Shown here: one piece after another, positions 38,052 to 48,215 of the stretch
Layout of the letters: each line of letters begins with the position of its first letter
Numbering within the stretch: position 1 is the stretch's first letter
Source of the DNA: a bacterium
Lineage (GTDB): Bacteria > Omnitrophota > Gorgyraeia > Zapsychrales > Zapsychraceae
Assembly (NCBI GenBank): GCA_030429765.1
Contig: JAUIER010000007.1
Span: 4,372 to 68,371, forward strand
Direction of reading: 5' to 3'
DNA: 64,000 nucleotides
Notes under the pieces: generated by a model
Database searches by the model: none
Told to the model about the DNA's origin: nothing
Seen by the model: only the letters and a program-made list of their open reading frames with translations
Program-made: the position numbers and the translations under genes

Positions 38052-39432
38052 TAATCAAAACTTCAGCATCATGGTAGTGGATGATGAACCGCTCATCCGC
38101 GAATCGTTATATGAAATCTTTAAGATCGAGGGATTTCGCGCCTCAATGGCCGCCTCGGCCGAGGACGCCCTTGAGAAACTCGACAAATCGCCGGTCGATA
38201 TTATCATCACCGACCTCATGCTGCCCAAGATGTCCGGACTTGAGCTACTGCGAGAAGTCAAGACCCATCATGATCCAACCGAGGTTATCGTGATAACGGG
38301 TTTCGGATCGATTGAAACTGCCGTTGAAGCCATGAAAAATGGGGCCTTCGATTACATCACCAAACCGATCAACGACAGTGAAATTAAACTCATCATCGGT
38401 AAGATCGTCGAGAAACTCAAGCTCGTCCAGGAAAACACCCAGCTTAAAAACCTGATCGCCAAGGACAAACGACAATCCTTTGCCGGCATGATCGGTTCCA
38501 GCGAAAAGATGCAGTCCGTTTACAACATTATTGATTCCGTCGCCTCGACTAATGCGACGATTCTGATCACCGGAGAGAGTGGAACAGGAAAAGGGATGGT
38601 GGCTAAGGGAATTCATATGTGCGATGAAAAGCGCAAAAACAAACCCTTTGTTGAAATCAGCTGCGGGGCCCTGTCAGAAACACTTTTGGAAAGCGAACTC
38701 TTTGGTCATATGAAAGGCGCGTTCACCGGCGCAATCAAGGACAAAGAGGGGCGCTTTGAATACGCCAAGGGCGGAACTATATTTCTCGACGAGATCGATG
38801 CATTCTCACCAAGCCTCCAGGTAAAACTTCTTAAGGTCTTACAGGACGGCGTATTTGAACGTGTTGGAGACAACGTGACTAGAAAAGCCGAAGCCCGGAT
38901 TATTGTCGCAACCAATCAACAGCTAACGGATTTGGTCGAGAAGGGCGATTTTCGTGAAGACCTTTACTACCGGATCAATGTGATCGCCATTGAGATGCCA
39001 CCGTTGCGCGAGCGTAAAAATGATATTCAAGGCCTGATCCAGCACTTCATCCAGATTTACAGCGAATCAAACAACAAAAATATCCGCGGCGCATCAGATG
39101 ACTTAATCAAAACCTTTAAGTCCTATAACTGGCCGGGAAATATACGGGAACTCGAAAATGCGATTGAAGGGGCGGTGATCATGGCCAAAGGGGATACCCT
39201 GGAAATGAATAATGTCCCCAACGGCGCGAAGTTTACCAAAACGGAAAGTAAATCGGTCCAAGCCGAATCCAAGTCCCTAAAGAAGGTGACTGAGCAACCC
39301 GAAAAAGATCATATCATTGCCGTTCTGAATGAATGCAACTGGAACCGCAATAAGGCTGCTGCAGCCTTGGGCGTCAATCGTACGACATTATATAATAAGA
39401 TGAAAAAATATAATATCCTGGATAATAATTAA
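38032..39432 (+). CDS. prsR: Sigma-54-dependent two-component response regulator (PrsR-like; REC + AAA+ sigma-54 interaction + Fis HTH)
   Basis: REC domain (MVVDDEP..., D in IIITDLMLP), AAA+ Walker A GESGTGKGMVAKGIH, the GAFTGA loop (HMKGAFTGA), and a C-terminal Fis-type HTH NWNRNKAAAALGVNRTTLYNKMKKY. Confidence 0.85.
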   Translation: MNQKIRDNQNFSIMVVDDEPLIRESLYEIFKIEGFRASMAASAEDALEKLDKSPVDIIITDLMLPKMSGLELLREVKTHHDPTEVIVITGFGSIETAVEAMKNGAFDYITKPINDSEIKLIIGKIVEKLKLVQENTQLKNLIAKDKRQSFAGMIGSSEKMQSVYNIIDSVASTNATILITGESGTGKGMVAKGIHMCDEKRKNKPFVEISCGALSETLLESELFGHMKGAFTGAIKDKEGRFEYAKGGTIFLDEIDAFSPSLQVKLLKVLQDGVFERVGDNVTRKAEARIIVATNQQLTDLVEKGDFREDLYYRINVIAIEMPPLRERKNDIQGLIQHFIQIYSESNNKNIRGASDDLIKTFKSYNWPGNIRELENAIEGAVIMAKGDTLEMNNVPNGAKFTKTESKSVQAESKSLKKVTEQPEKDHIIAVLNECNWNRNKAAAALGVNRTTLYNKMKKYNILDNN

Positions 39433-39433
39433 T

Positions 39434-40459
39434 ATGAGCGACGATAAAAACAGACAAAAAGCCCAAGAATTCATCATGAAAGACAAATGGTGGGATATGC
39501 TTTCACGTTTTATCGAAGTGCTTCGGATTAACATCTACATCGTCGACCGCAGCGGCAACTTTATTCTACCTCCGGAAGAAAGCAAATATGGAGGACAATT
39601 GATTACACATCCCCAACTGGGACTTGACCTATTCCGTGACGACGACGATTTTGAGCGACAGCTTGTCGAGCACACAAATTATCTCGAGACGATTAATCGT
39701 TACGATCTGTACAGTTATGCCATCCCGTTAAGGACGGTTGAGGACGAGATTCTGGCGTATGTCATGGTCGGCCCGATTATCCTTAACAAGAGGCTTGATG
39801 TCAGCAAATATCAGGAGCTGGCCAAGGCCGTGGGTGCCGATGAAGAAACTGTCATGAATGAGATCAATGAAATTCGGGTTGTCTCAAATATCATGATGAA
39901 CTCAATTATCAATCTCTTGACTGAAATCGTCCGTGACAGCATTGAGATTCAGTCGTCCCAAAGCGCCACGGTCAACGAAAACGCCGTTACCGAGAAAGTA
40001 TGGGAAAAAGAGTTTGCGTCTATCGCCAATGAAATCTATTCAACGGTACGTATCGACGAGCTGCTGATCACACTGCTGGATGTAGCCCTGAAAATGACCA
40101 ACACCCATGGCGGATCCGTGATGATGCTGGATGCCAACACGAATGAGCTCTCAATCAAGGCCTCGAAGGGACTAGATGATCTGAAGATTCAAGGGGTCAA
40201 GATCAAAATCGGTGAAGGGATCAGCGGCATGGTGGCCAAAGGCAAGGAACCCTTGATTATCGATGGTCACGCGCCGGACCGAAGCGTTCGGAAAATGCTG
40301 CGACGCCCCGAAATCAAGAAATCCGTTGTATTTCCGTTACTGTCTAAAAACCGGGTTTATGGGGTCCTCAACCTGCACACGCATGAATCTTCAGATCGAA
40401 TTAATGCCAACCTGGATAACCTGCGGTATCTCACACAGTTATTATCTTCGGCCTTTTAA
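39434..40459 (+). CDS. GAF-domain regulatory protein with a PocR-like N-terminal sensory region
   Basis: C-terminal GAF domain (..HGGSVMMLDANTNELSIKASKGLDDL...GEGISGMVAKGKEPLII...VVFPLLSKNRVYGVLNLHT). No output domain. Translationally coupled to prsR. Confidence 0.6.
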   Translation: MSDDKNRQKAQEFIMKDKWWDMLSRFIEVLRINIYIVDRSGNFILPPEESKYGGQLITHPQLGLDLFRDDDDFERQLVEHTNYLETINRYDLYSYAIPLRTVEDEILAYVMVGPIILNKRLDVSKYQELAKAVGADEETVMNEINEIRVVSNIMMNSIINLLTEIVRDSIEIQSSQSATVNENAVTEKVWEKEFASIANEIYSTVRIDELLITLLDVALKMTNTHGGSVMMLDANTNELSIKASKGLDDLKIQGVKIKIGEGISGMVAKGKEPLIIDGHAPDRSVRKMLRRPEIKKSVVFPLLSKNRVYGVLNLHTHESSDRINANLDNLRYLTQLLSSAF

Positions 40460-40483
40460 TCTCAAATATTAGGAACACACACT

Positions 40484-41518
40484 ATGTCTAAGAAAATACT
40501 CGTACTCGGAGGAGCCGGTTACATCGGCTCACACACCTATGTTGAACTTTTAGAATCAGGATATGATCCGGCTATCGTCGATGATTTTTCGAATGCCGAA
40601 CACAAGGTTATTGAACGCTTAAAGGCGCTCACGCAGCGGGACGTTCGCTTCTACGAAGGTGATTGTAATGACGCGGCATTTATGGAAAAGGTTATTGGAA
40701 CAGAAGGCGATGTACATGCCGTCATTCATTTTGCCGCGTTTAAGGCGGTAGGGGAATCGGTCGAAAAACCGCTCAAATACTATGAAAACAACATTGGTTC
40801 GCTGTTAGTCCTTTTGAATAAAATGACAGCGCATCAGATTCCGCATCTGGTCTTTTCGTCGTCCTGTACCGTGTATGGAGAGCCGGACAAGCTTCCGGTC
40901 ACCGAATCCACTCCGCGCAAACCGGCTGAATCACCCTACGGCAACACCAAACAGATCTGTGAAGATATCATCGCGGATTGTGTGCGCAGCAAGGCAGCGA
41001 TCAAGGCGATTGCCTTGAGATATTTCAATCCGATGGGGGCCCATCCGTCGGGACTGATCGGTGAATTGCCTATTGGCGCGCCGAACAATCTCGTGCCATT
41101 TGTCACTCAAGTGGCGGCCGGGGTTCGCGAGAAATTAACTGTTTTCGGTAATGACTATCCAACACCCGATGGGACATGCGTACGCGATTACATTCATGTG
41201 GTCGATCTGGCCAAGGCCCATGTCAAGGCCCTGGAACACTTGTCACATCTAAACGAATCCAATCATTATGACATTATCAATATCGGGACTGGCGAGGGCA
41301 ACAGCGTAATGGAAGTGATCAAGACCTTCGAAAAGGTCTCCGGCCAGCCGTTAAATTACGTGATCGGCCCTAAGCGCGACGGCGACGTCGAAACCGTTTA
41401 CGCCAACGCCGACAAAGCCAAACAAGTCATCGGTTGGACGAGCGAACTGACGCTCGAAGACGGATTGCGCGACGCCTGGAGATGGCAACAAAGCTTAAAA
41501 GAAGAGGACTCACAATGA
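40484..41518 (+). CDS. galE: UDP-glucose 4-epimerase GalE
   Basis: GGAGYIGSH Rossmann motif, catalytic SSSCTVYG...YGNTK (YxxxK), overall GalE collinearity. Confidence 0.85.
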   Translation: MSKKILVLGGAGYIGSHTYVELLESGYDPAIVDDFSNAEHKVIERLKALTQRDVRFYEGDCNDAAFMEKVIGTEGDVHAVIHFAAFKAVGESVEKPLKYYENNIGSLLVLLNKMTAHQIPHLVFSSSCTVYGEPDKLPVTESTPRKPAESPYGNTKQICEDIIADCVRSKAAIKAIALRYFNPMGAHPSGLIGELPIGAPNNLVPFVTQVAAGVREKLTVFGNDYPTPDGTCVRDYIHVVDLAKAHVKALEHLSHLNESNHYDIINIGTGEGNSVMEVIKTFEKVSGQPLNYVIGPKRDGDVETVYANADKAKQVIGWTSELTLEDGLRDAWRWQQSLKEEDSQ

Positions 41519-42489
41519 AGACTATATTATTGACCGGAAGCGCGGGCTTTATCGGCTCGAAGACCGCTGAATTACTGCTAAAATCCAAGAATAATCATGT
41601 CGTTGGACTCGATAACATCAACGATTACTATGACGTAAAAATCAAAAACTACCGGCTCAATCGGTTAAAAAAAATCAAGAATTTTTCTTTCCACAAGGGA
41701 GATCTTGAGAACCGTAGCACGTTAACACGATTGTTCTCCAAGTATAAATTTGACGCGGTGGTAAACCTGGCGGCACGTGCGGGTGTGGGATACAGCATGA
41801 TCAATCCATATGTCTATTTTACGACCAACGCAGAAGGGACGCTTAATCTCCTGGAAAAATGCAAGGAACATAAAGTCAAAAAATTTGTGCTGGCCTCAAC
41901 ATCTTCCTTGTACGCGGGACAGAAAATGCCGTTTACGGAAAAACTCGCGGTCAATACGCCGATCTCAACTTACGCGGCCAGTAAAAAGGCGGCGGAAGTA
42001 ACCGCCTATACGTATAGCTATCTGTTCGGAATTGATGTGACCATCGTGCGCTATTTTACTGTCTACGGTCCTGCCGGACGTCCGGATATGTCTATGTTCC
42101 GCTTCATCAAATGGATTGATGAAGGCAAACCGATCCAGCTCTTTGGGGACGGGTCTCAGAGCCGCGATTTCACCTACGTCGATGACATTGCCAAAGGAAC
42201 AATTAAAGCCATGCGCAAGGTCGGATTCGAAGTGATCAATCTCGGAGGCGGAAACCGGCCTTACAAACTCAGCTACGTGATTAAAGTGATTGAGGATCTA
42301 CTGGGCAAAAAGGCCAAGTACAAACGCCATCCATTTCCCAAGACCGACATCAAAGAAACATGGGCGGATATCTCCAAAGCAAAGAAAATCCTCAAATGGG
42401 AACCCAAGGTCGAACTCGAAGACGGGATCAGAAAGAGCGTTGAGTGGTATCTTGAAAATCGATCGTGGCTCAAAAATATCAAGCTGTAG
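41515..42489 (+). CDS. NAD-dependent nucleotide-sugar epimerase/dehydratase (UDP-glucuronate / UDP-GlcNAc 4-epimerase-like, Cap1J/WbpP type)
   Basis: Start MKTILLTGSAGFIGS (ATGA overlap with galE); STSSLYA...YAASKKAAE (SDR YxxxK). Confidence 0.8.
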   Translation: MKTILLTGSAGFIGSKTAELLLKSKNNHVVGLDNINDYYDVKIKNYRLNRLKKIKNFSFHKGDLENRSTLTRLFSKYKFDAVVNLAARAGVGYSMINPYVYFTTNAEGTLNLLEKCKEHKVKKFVLASTSSLYAGQKMPFTEKLAVNTPISTYAASKKAAEVTAYTYSYLFGIDVTIVRYFTVYGPAGRPDMSMFRFIKWIDEGKPIQLFGDGSQSRDFTYVDDIAKGTIKAMRKVGFEVINLGGGNRPYKLSYVIKVIEDLLGKKAKYKRHPFPKTDIKETWADISKAKKILKWEPKVELEDGIRKSVEWYLENRSWLKNIKL

Positions 42490-43319
42490 TCGCCGCCATC
42501 TTAATGGCTTGTTGGTGTGCGGGAGGTCATCTCACAGCCGATGAACTATCGGACACAGACATCTCGGCACACAGCGCAGATATTGATATTCGCCGGGAAA
42601 TCCATCAGCGACTCGATCGAATCTCGGCCGTCTTTCATCAAAGCACACAATTTAAGTACGTTTACAGCCCCAATCCCCGAAGCGCCACGGAAAAAGTCCT
42701 GAATTTTCAACCCGCCACGCCCAAGGACTTGCCGCGACTCAATAGCTATTTATCCATCTTTGAGTTGGAGATCAGTAAATATCCCGATCAATTCTTTCGC
42801 TCAATCGGCCTCAAACGGATCATTTTTGTCAAAAATCTGTTCTATAAAGAGCTCCCTGCCCAGGGATTGTATAATGATTCAACAAAAACCCTCTATTTTA
42901 ATTTTTCTGACACGAGAGGGGGGAGGCTGGCGCTTCGCCACAATGTCCATCATGAAATCTATCATGTCATTCACTCCCATTTTGATATCAATCCAGATGA
43001 CACTTGGCACAACTTGAACATTCCTGACTTTAAATATACGCATCGTGGGCGACACCACCAAGTAGTTGCAACACAATCTGAGAACTATTTTTCGCCGGAT
43101 ATCCCGGGCTTTGTAACGGATTATGCGATGACTTCCGCTGAGGAAGATCAGGCGGAGGTGTTCGCGTGTCTGTTTATTCAGTCACAGAGCCGGCTGATGC
43201 ATAAATGGGCCGTAAAAGACGAGGTCCTGGCCAATAAAATCCGATTTATCAAACAAGCTTTGCTGGATATATCCGACCAAGTCATAAATGAATCCTACTG
43301 GCACGAATTGAACCGTTAA
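42465..43319 (+). CDS. Hypothetical secreted protein with an HExxH motif (possible zinc-dependent hydrolase)
   Basis: GTG start and a signal-peptide-like N-terminus (AVVAAILMACWCAGG). Contains HNVHHEIYHVIHSH, which includes HEIYH (HExxH). No further family assignment is possible by eye. Confidence 0.45.
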   Translation: MAQKYQAVVAAILMACWCAGGHLTADELSDTDISAHSADIDIRREIHQRLDRISAVFHQSTQFKYVYSPNPRSATEKVLNFQPATPKDLPRLNSYLSIFELEISKYPDQFFRSIGLKRIIFVKNLFYKELPAQGLYNDSTKTLYFNFSDTRGGRLALRHNVHHEIYHVIHSHFDINPDDTWHNLNIPDFKYTHRGRHHQVVATQSENYFSPDIPGFVTDYAMTSAEEDQAEVFACLFIQSQSRLMHKWAVKDEVLANKIRFIKQALLDISDQVINESYWHELNR

Positions 43320-43455
43320 AACACCTTAAAAAATTAAATATTTCCATTTACTCATATCAACATCCATATTAAAATGAGCATATGCTAATAGCAACATAGC
43401 TATTGATCTGAGCTTATTCTCACTTGAATATCCTATTACTTAAAAAGGTACCACC

Positions 43456-43962
43456 ATGAAAAAAGGACGTCGCAAGAAAGTTCGCTACATACAAAGTATG
43501 CCGGAAATCGCACAGTTTTCACCGCGCGGCAAACCAGGTCGACCGGATGAAGCTGAATTAAAAATTGATGAATATGAAGCCATTAAATTAGCCGACTATC
43601 AAGGCTGTGATCAATCCGAAGGCGCCAAACATATGGGAATTTCGCGGGCCAGCTTTGGTCGAATCCTTAGAAACGCCCGCAAGGTCCTAGCCACAGCGCT
43701 TGTTGAAGGCCGAACGATACGTATCCGAATTGCTGATGTGCAAGTCGGCGTCCGCAATCAGCCAATTTCCACCAGCAAACAGCACACAGACAAGCAACCA
43801 GACGTACAATCACTGGAAGAAACCATTCGACAAAAAATACTCAATCATGACAACATAGACAGCAACAAAGACGCCGCTCAAGACAACGACACAAGAATCG
43901 ATCCCACACTCATTGATCATCCTGAAGAACCTAACCACATCGACAAACACCCCGCCCATTAA
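43456..43962 (+). CDS. DUF134/UPF0251 family predicted DNA-binding protein
   Basis: MKKGRRKKVRYIQSMPEIAQFSPRG...YEAIKLADYQGCDQSEGAKHMGISRASFGRIL matches the conserved UPF0251 core; the C-terminal tail is low-complexity. Confidence 0.6.
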   Translation: MKKGRRKKVRYIQSMPEIAQFSPRGKPGRPDEAELKIDEYEAIKLADYQGCDQSEGAKHMGISRASFGRILRNARKVLATALVEGRTIRIRIADVQVGVRNQPISTSKQHTDKQPDVQSLEETIRQKILNHDNIDSNKDAAQDNDTRIDPTLIDHPEEPNHIDKHPAH

Positions 43963-44126
43963 TTTACAACCCATCAACAACCACTAAAATGAACGCGCAA
44001 AAACATCTCATAGTTAACATAACATATATTATAGGAAGTTTTTTCTATTTAAATTTATGGCTTTTTGTGGGTATTCGTCAGACTTATTAGGGCAGTTTTC
44101 GAGGGTTTGTGTCTCGAATTCACCGA

Positions 44127-44534
44127 TTAAAAATCGATAAATTCCGGATCTTTTTGATGCGGCGTCATCGCTTCCACCTGCTTGATATCGACAACGATTA
44201 GATTAAAATTAGGATCTTCAACTCCACCAAAATATTGCTTCAACATTGGAATGGCATCCCATAATATTTGTTTATATTCAACCGAATCACTGGACTGCGC
44301 GGTACCGGTAACGCGCGCATACCACATCTTACGGTCAATATAGCAAATTTCTACATTGGGATTCTTTTTAACTTGTTCGATGGTTCGTGAACGACCCAAT
44401 AACGCAATCAGAAGTTTGTTGTCATCTGTAAGGAACGGCATCATCGGCCTGACACGCGGCTGATCACCCTCCATCGTCGCTAACGTTCCAATACCCGTAT
44501 CTCTGATTAAGTCAATTACTTCGTCTTTAGTCAT
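44127..44534 (-). CDS. Pyridoxamine 5'-phosphate oxidase-like FMN-binding protein
   Basis: 135 aa; ..GTLATMEGDQPRVRPMMPF..., a split-barrel PNPOx-like pattern. Confidence 0.65.
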   Translation of the reverse strand: MTKDEVIDLIRDTGIGTLATMEGDQPRVRPMMPFLTDDNKLLIALLGRSRTIEQVKKNPNVEICYIDRKMWYARVTGTAQSSDSVEYKQILWDAIPMLKQYFGGVEDPNFNLIVVDIKQVEAMTPHQKDPEFIDF

Positions 44535-44563
44535 CTTTAGTCGTTCCCCTTTCCTGTGGACGT

Positions 44564-45385
44564 CTATTTACCGGATTTTGCCTTGGCCTTCTCAATAAAT
44601 TTAGCCGATTTGGTCGTTTCTTTATTGTTCAGCGACACCAACTCCGACGCAATCGATACCGCGATTTCCGCCGGCAGTTCACCCCCTAAGTCCAATCCTG
44701 CCGGAATACTGATCCGCCGAAGATACTTTTCGCTAATACCGTCTTCCCTCAAACGCTTAAAAAACTTGATGCGCTTGGCCTTACTCGAAATTACACCGAT
44801 ATATCCCGCCTCGGATTCGACTACAGCCCTGAGGCATTCATAATCAAATTCATTGCCCTGGGTCACAATCATCACATGACTTTGAGCATCCAGTTTGATT
44901 TTGGCCAATTGCCGGGCGTGTTTTCCGACCAGAATCTTGTCAGCATGCGCAAATCGTTTTGTATTGGCAAAGGATCGGCGATTGTCAATCACCGTCAATT
45001 TATAATTAAGCATCTTCACAATAAACGACAACGGCAGCGCGATATGCCCTGCCCCGCATAGAATAAAATGCCGAGGCTTGACCACTGGCTCGATCAGAAC
45101 ATGAATCTGACCACCACAGATGGACTGCCCCTTCTGACCAAAGTAATCGTAGGTCACCGTTTCCGTTTGAGCGGATGCGATTGCCTTCAGACATCGTCGC
45201 TGACAATCCAGCTCATACCGACCGCCGCCAATCGAGCCGAATGACGAGCCATCCTCAAAGACGACCATCTTGGCCCCGACCTTCCGGGGCGTGCCCTTCA
45301 CCGTCGACTTGACGACCGTGGCAAAGGCAAACTTTTTGTTCTGAGAATATCCCGCATAAGCCTTGGCTAAGATGTCGAAGTCCAT
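44564..45385 (-). CDS. xdhC: XdhC/CoxI family molybdenum-hydroxylase accessory (maturation) protein
   Basis: N-terminal XdhC_CoxI region (FAFATVVKSTVKGTPRKVGAKMVV...GSIGGG) and a C-terminal Rossmann-like XdhC_C (HFILCGAGHIALPLSFI). Confidence 0.8.
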   Translation of the reverse strand: MDFDILAKAYAGYSQNKKFAFATVVKSTVKGTPRKVGAKMVVFEDGSSFGSIGGGRYELDCQRRCLKAIASAQTETVTYDYFGQKGQSICGGQIHVLIEPVVKPRHFILCGAGHIALPLSFIVKMLNYKLTVIDNRRSFANTKRFAHADKILVGKHARQLAKIKLDAQSHVMIVTQGNEFDYECLRAVVESEAGYIGVISSKAKRIKFFKRLREDGISEKYLRRISIPAGLDLGGELPAEIAVSIASELVSLNNKETTKSAKFIEKAKAKSGK

Positions 45386-45398
45386 CGCTGTGATATAC

Positions 45399-45956
45399 CT
45401 ACTTTACGTACGCCTTGATAATCTTCTGCTCTTGCAGTGGACGCGAGCCGGCGCCTGTCTGAACACCTTCAATATTCTTGACAACAGTAATTCCTGAAAC
45501 CACTTCACCGAAAATGGTGTGTTTCATATTTAACCACGGCGTCGGCACTGTCGTAATGAAAAATTGACTACCGTTCGTGTTTGGTCCGGCATTTGCCATC
45601 GCTAACAGTCCCGGCCGGTCAAACACAAGTTCCGGAGTCACCTCGTCCTCAAACTTTCCACCCCAAATACTCTCGCCTCCACGGCCGGTTCCTGTTGGAT
45701 CACCTCCCTGAATCATGAAATCCTTGATAACCCGGTGAAAAATCAGACCATCGTAATAGCCATTTTCGATATGACCCACAAAATTTTCGCACGTCTTCGG
45801 AGCCTGTTCACAGAACAGGTTAATCTCTACATCACCTTGATTGGTTTGTAACACTACAGTGGTTTCTTCCATTTCAGCTATTCCTTTGTTTGCCGTTAGT
45901 ATAATCCCGCAGAACGCGATTAGAGCCACAATACATAAAAGTAGATTTTTTTTCAT
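45399..45956 (-). CDS. ppiA: Cyclophilin-type peptidyl-prolyl cis-trans isomerase, periplasmic (signal peptide)
   Basis: Signal peptide, then ...[54 protein letters not shown], a strong cyclophilin match. Confidence 0.85.
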   Translation of the reverse strand: MKKNLLLCIVALIAFCGIILTANKGIAEMEETTVVLQTNQGDVEINLFCEQAPKTCENFVGHIENGYYDGLIFHRVIKDFMIQGGDPTGTGRGGESIWGGKFEDEVTPELVFDRPGLLAMANAGPNTNGSQFFITTVPTPWLNMKHTIFGEVVSGITVVKNIEGVQTGAGSRPLQEQKIIKAYVK

Positions 45957-46000
45957 TTTAACTGTCCTTTGCTGGATTGATTTCGAGTATGGGTTTCAGC

Positions 46001-47182
46001 TTAAACATCAGGTTGGATATCAGACGAGACATCTTGATCAGAAGCCCCATTATCCGGACGCTTCAGACCTAGCTCTCGTTCGATTTCTTCAGGGGTTTTG
46101 GGACGAACTCCAGAGGCTTTGTTCGACGGGATATTGGAGCTGTCTGGTTCAGGCGCAACTCCTTCCTGCAGCGACTTAAATTTGGCCTTGTCAATTTGAT
46201 CATTCTTACCGATGATGGTCTCTTCGAGCATTTCTATCTGCTTACGCAACTCCTCAGCCTCCGACTTCTGCATTTCAGTCTCCATCCGGGCCGCTTTGAG
46301 CGATGCCTGCAAATCCCGTGCGCGCGACTTCACATTCTGCAGCTCTTCTTCCAGTAAGGTCCGCAACTTTTCAAAATCTTGCCGATTCTGAATCTCATGC
46401 GACAACGTTTTATCCGTTTCCTCCAGCTCATGACTTTTCTCCAGAAACATCGCATCAAGCTTGGCGTATTTACTGCGTAAATCTTCTAATTGAGACGACG
46501 CCTCCAGTTCACGGGCCAATGACGGACTGGGCTGCGCAAAAGGCAATTTAGGCGAGTTATTCTCGGTTAAGTCGAAACCTTGTCGCGGCGTAGGAACATC
46601 GACTTGATCCGTAGCATCGGGATTGCCCGGCACCGTCTTCATCGCCGCCGTTCCCGTCTCGTTGCTCGCCAAATTTCGCTCGACGGTCTCGGCATTCGCC
46701 CGCTTTTCTTCGGCTTTTTTGTGTGATTTGCTCTGCAACGTCTCCAGATGCTGCTTGAGACTGGGCAATGGCGTCGGTTCGGGAATATCATCCATCGGAT
46801 TATCCTTAGTGGGAAGCTTGAACTTAGCCGCGATCTTACCGAATAGCCCCACCGGCGCTTCGTCAGGAACAGCCACCTCAGGAAGATCCGCCACACCGAC
46901 AGCCAAACCATCAAGTTCATTCTCCAAACTAGGCTTGGATGACTTTTTGATTTTCAGCTTAGCGAACAAATTTCCTCTGGATTTGACCTCCTTGGCCCCG
47001 GCCATCGGATCAAACTTACCTTCATCAGCACGCGGAACCCCCAGCACCTCTTCGGGTTCGATGGGCTCCACCGCGCCTTCGAGAGTCGGCACGCTGCGGC
47101 TCATAATAAATATCACATAGCCGATCCCGGCCAGCGTGACACCCGCGACAATCCAGAATAATGTTGTGAGTGATAAATCCAT
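46001..47182 (-). CDS. Hypothetical membrane-anchored protein with disordered Pro/Glu-rich and coiled-coil regions
   Basis: One N-terminal TM (LFWIVAGVTLAGIGYVIFIM), a low-complexity middle and a C-terminal heptad-rich segment. Confidence 0.5.
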   Translation of the reverse strand: MDLSLTTLFWIVAGVTLAGIGYVIFIMSRSVPTLEGAVEPIEPEEVLGVPRADEGKFDPMAGAKEVKSRGNLFAKLKIKKSSKPSLENELDGLAVGVADLPEVAVPDEAPVGLFGKIAAKFKLPTKDNPMDDIPEPTPLPSLKQHLETLQSKSHKKAEEKRANAETVERNLASNETGTAAMKTVPGNPDATDQVDVPTPRQGFDLTENNSPKLPFAQPSPSLARELEASSQLEDLRSKYAKLDAMFLEKSHELEETDKTLSHEIQNRQDFEKLRTLLEEELQNVKSRARDLQASLKAARMETEMQKSEAEELRKQIEMLEETIIGKNDQIDKAKFKSLQEGVAPEPDSSNIPSNKASGVRPKTPEEIERELGLKRPDNGASDQDVSSDIQPDV

Positions 47183-47250
47183 TTTATCTGAAAGGCCTTA
47201 CGACATCGATTTGATTGACTTCACATGATGCCAACCGTTATAATTACGGC

Positions 47251-47835
47251 ATGATCACATGCTTACTGCTCTCAGGCGGCGAAAGCCGTCGTTTTGGATC
47301 ACCCAAAGCCACAGCCGATATCGCCGGCACACCGAACATTGTTCAGCTACAGGAACGATTAATCAGCACGCGCATCAACGAAATAATCGTCGTGACAGGC
47401 TATCACCATACCGAAATAGATCCATTGATATTAAATCACAAAAAGGTCAGATCTGTCCACAATAAAGATCATAATTTAGGCCAATCCTCGTCAGTAAAGG
47501 CCGGTATCCGCCAGGCGGATTCATCAACTGAAGGATTCATGATATACCCGGTTGATTTTCCACTGATCAAGGTCCAGACGATCAATTTGATCATCGACAA
47601 TTTTTGCGAAATGCCGGATAAAATATTGATCCCAACATATGACAGGAAAAAAGGACATCCCCCCATCCTACCCAGTCATTTTAAAATAGATATCCTGGAT
47701 CTCCCGGCGGATGTCGGCCTCAATTCACTCCAGCACAAATATGGTTACCGTGAAGTTCAAACCCAAGATCCGGCCGTCCTGGCTTCTTTTAACACGCCAG
47801 AAGAATTAAACATAATTGTTCGTGATTTATTGTAG
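47251..47835 (+). CDS. mocA: MobA-like NTP-transferase (molybdenum cofactor cytidylyltransferase MocA-like)
   Basis: MITCLLLSGGESRRFG is the MobA/MocA nucleotide-binding motif LLAGGxSxRMG. Adjacent to the Mo-hydroxylase and xdhC genes. An upstream in-frame ATG at 47215 is also possible. Confidence 0.7.
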   Translation: MITCLLLSGGESRRFGSPKATADIAGTPNIVQLQERLISTRINEIIVVTGYHHTEIDPLILNHKKVRSVHNKDHNLGQSSSVKAGIRQADSSTEGFMIYPVDFPLIKVQTINLIIDNFCEMPDKILIPTYDRKKGHPPILPSHFKIDILDLPADVGLNSLQHKYGYREVQTQDPAVLASFNTPEELNIIVRDLL

Positions 47836-47837
47836 TC

Positions 47838-48215
47838 TTATTTGACAACGGCAACTGTGGCCTTGAAATTGGAGCGCACATAGGCATTTCGTAAGATTTC
47901 CTGAGCGGGAAGAATCTTCCATTCACCGGTGGCATCACTTTGAATATTGGTGATCACGTCCCCACCGAGAATCGCAGCCTCGCGTTTCATTTTCTCGATG
48001 ACTTCGTCGATTTTTTGGCGTCGTTCGGCATTAACGGTGACATAACCGATTACTTCATGCGGGGCATCCAAGCGCTCCTGGTAAGTGATTTCAGCCGTTG
48101 ATGTTTTTGATGGGTAATAGGCGCTGGATGTATCTTCAGAAGAAATGTGATACAAACTGCAGGCGGATGTGAAACAGACCGTTAAAGCAACCAGAATAAG
48201 TTCCGAAATTTTCAT
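47838..48215 (-). CDS. Hypothetical lipoprotein
   Basis: Lipobox-like ..FTSAC and 125 aa. Its stop overlaps the upstream Mo-subunit gene (co-transcribed). Confidence 0.5.
   Translation of the reverse strand: MKISELILVALTVCFTSACSLYHISSEDTSSAYYPSKTSTAEITYQERLDAPHEVIGYVTVNAERRQKIDEVIEKMKREAAILGGDVITNIQSDATGEWKILPAQEILRNAYVRSNFKATVAVVK

Noticed and set aside
43375-43400. Small palindromes (GCATATGC; AATAGC-N6-GCTATT) upstream of the DUF134 gene
   Set aside because: Short AT-rich palindromes with high chance expectation and no supporting context.
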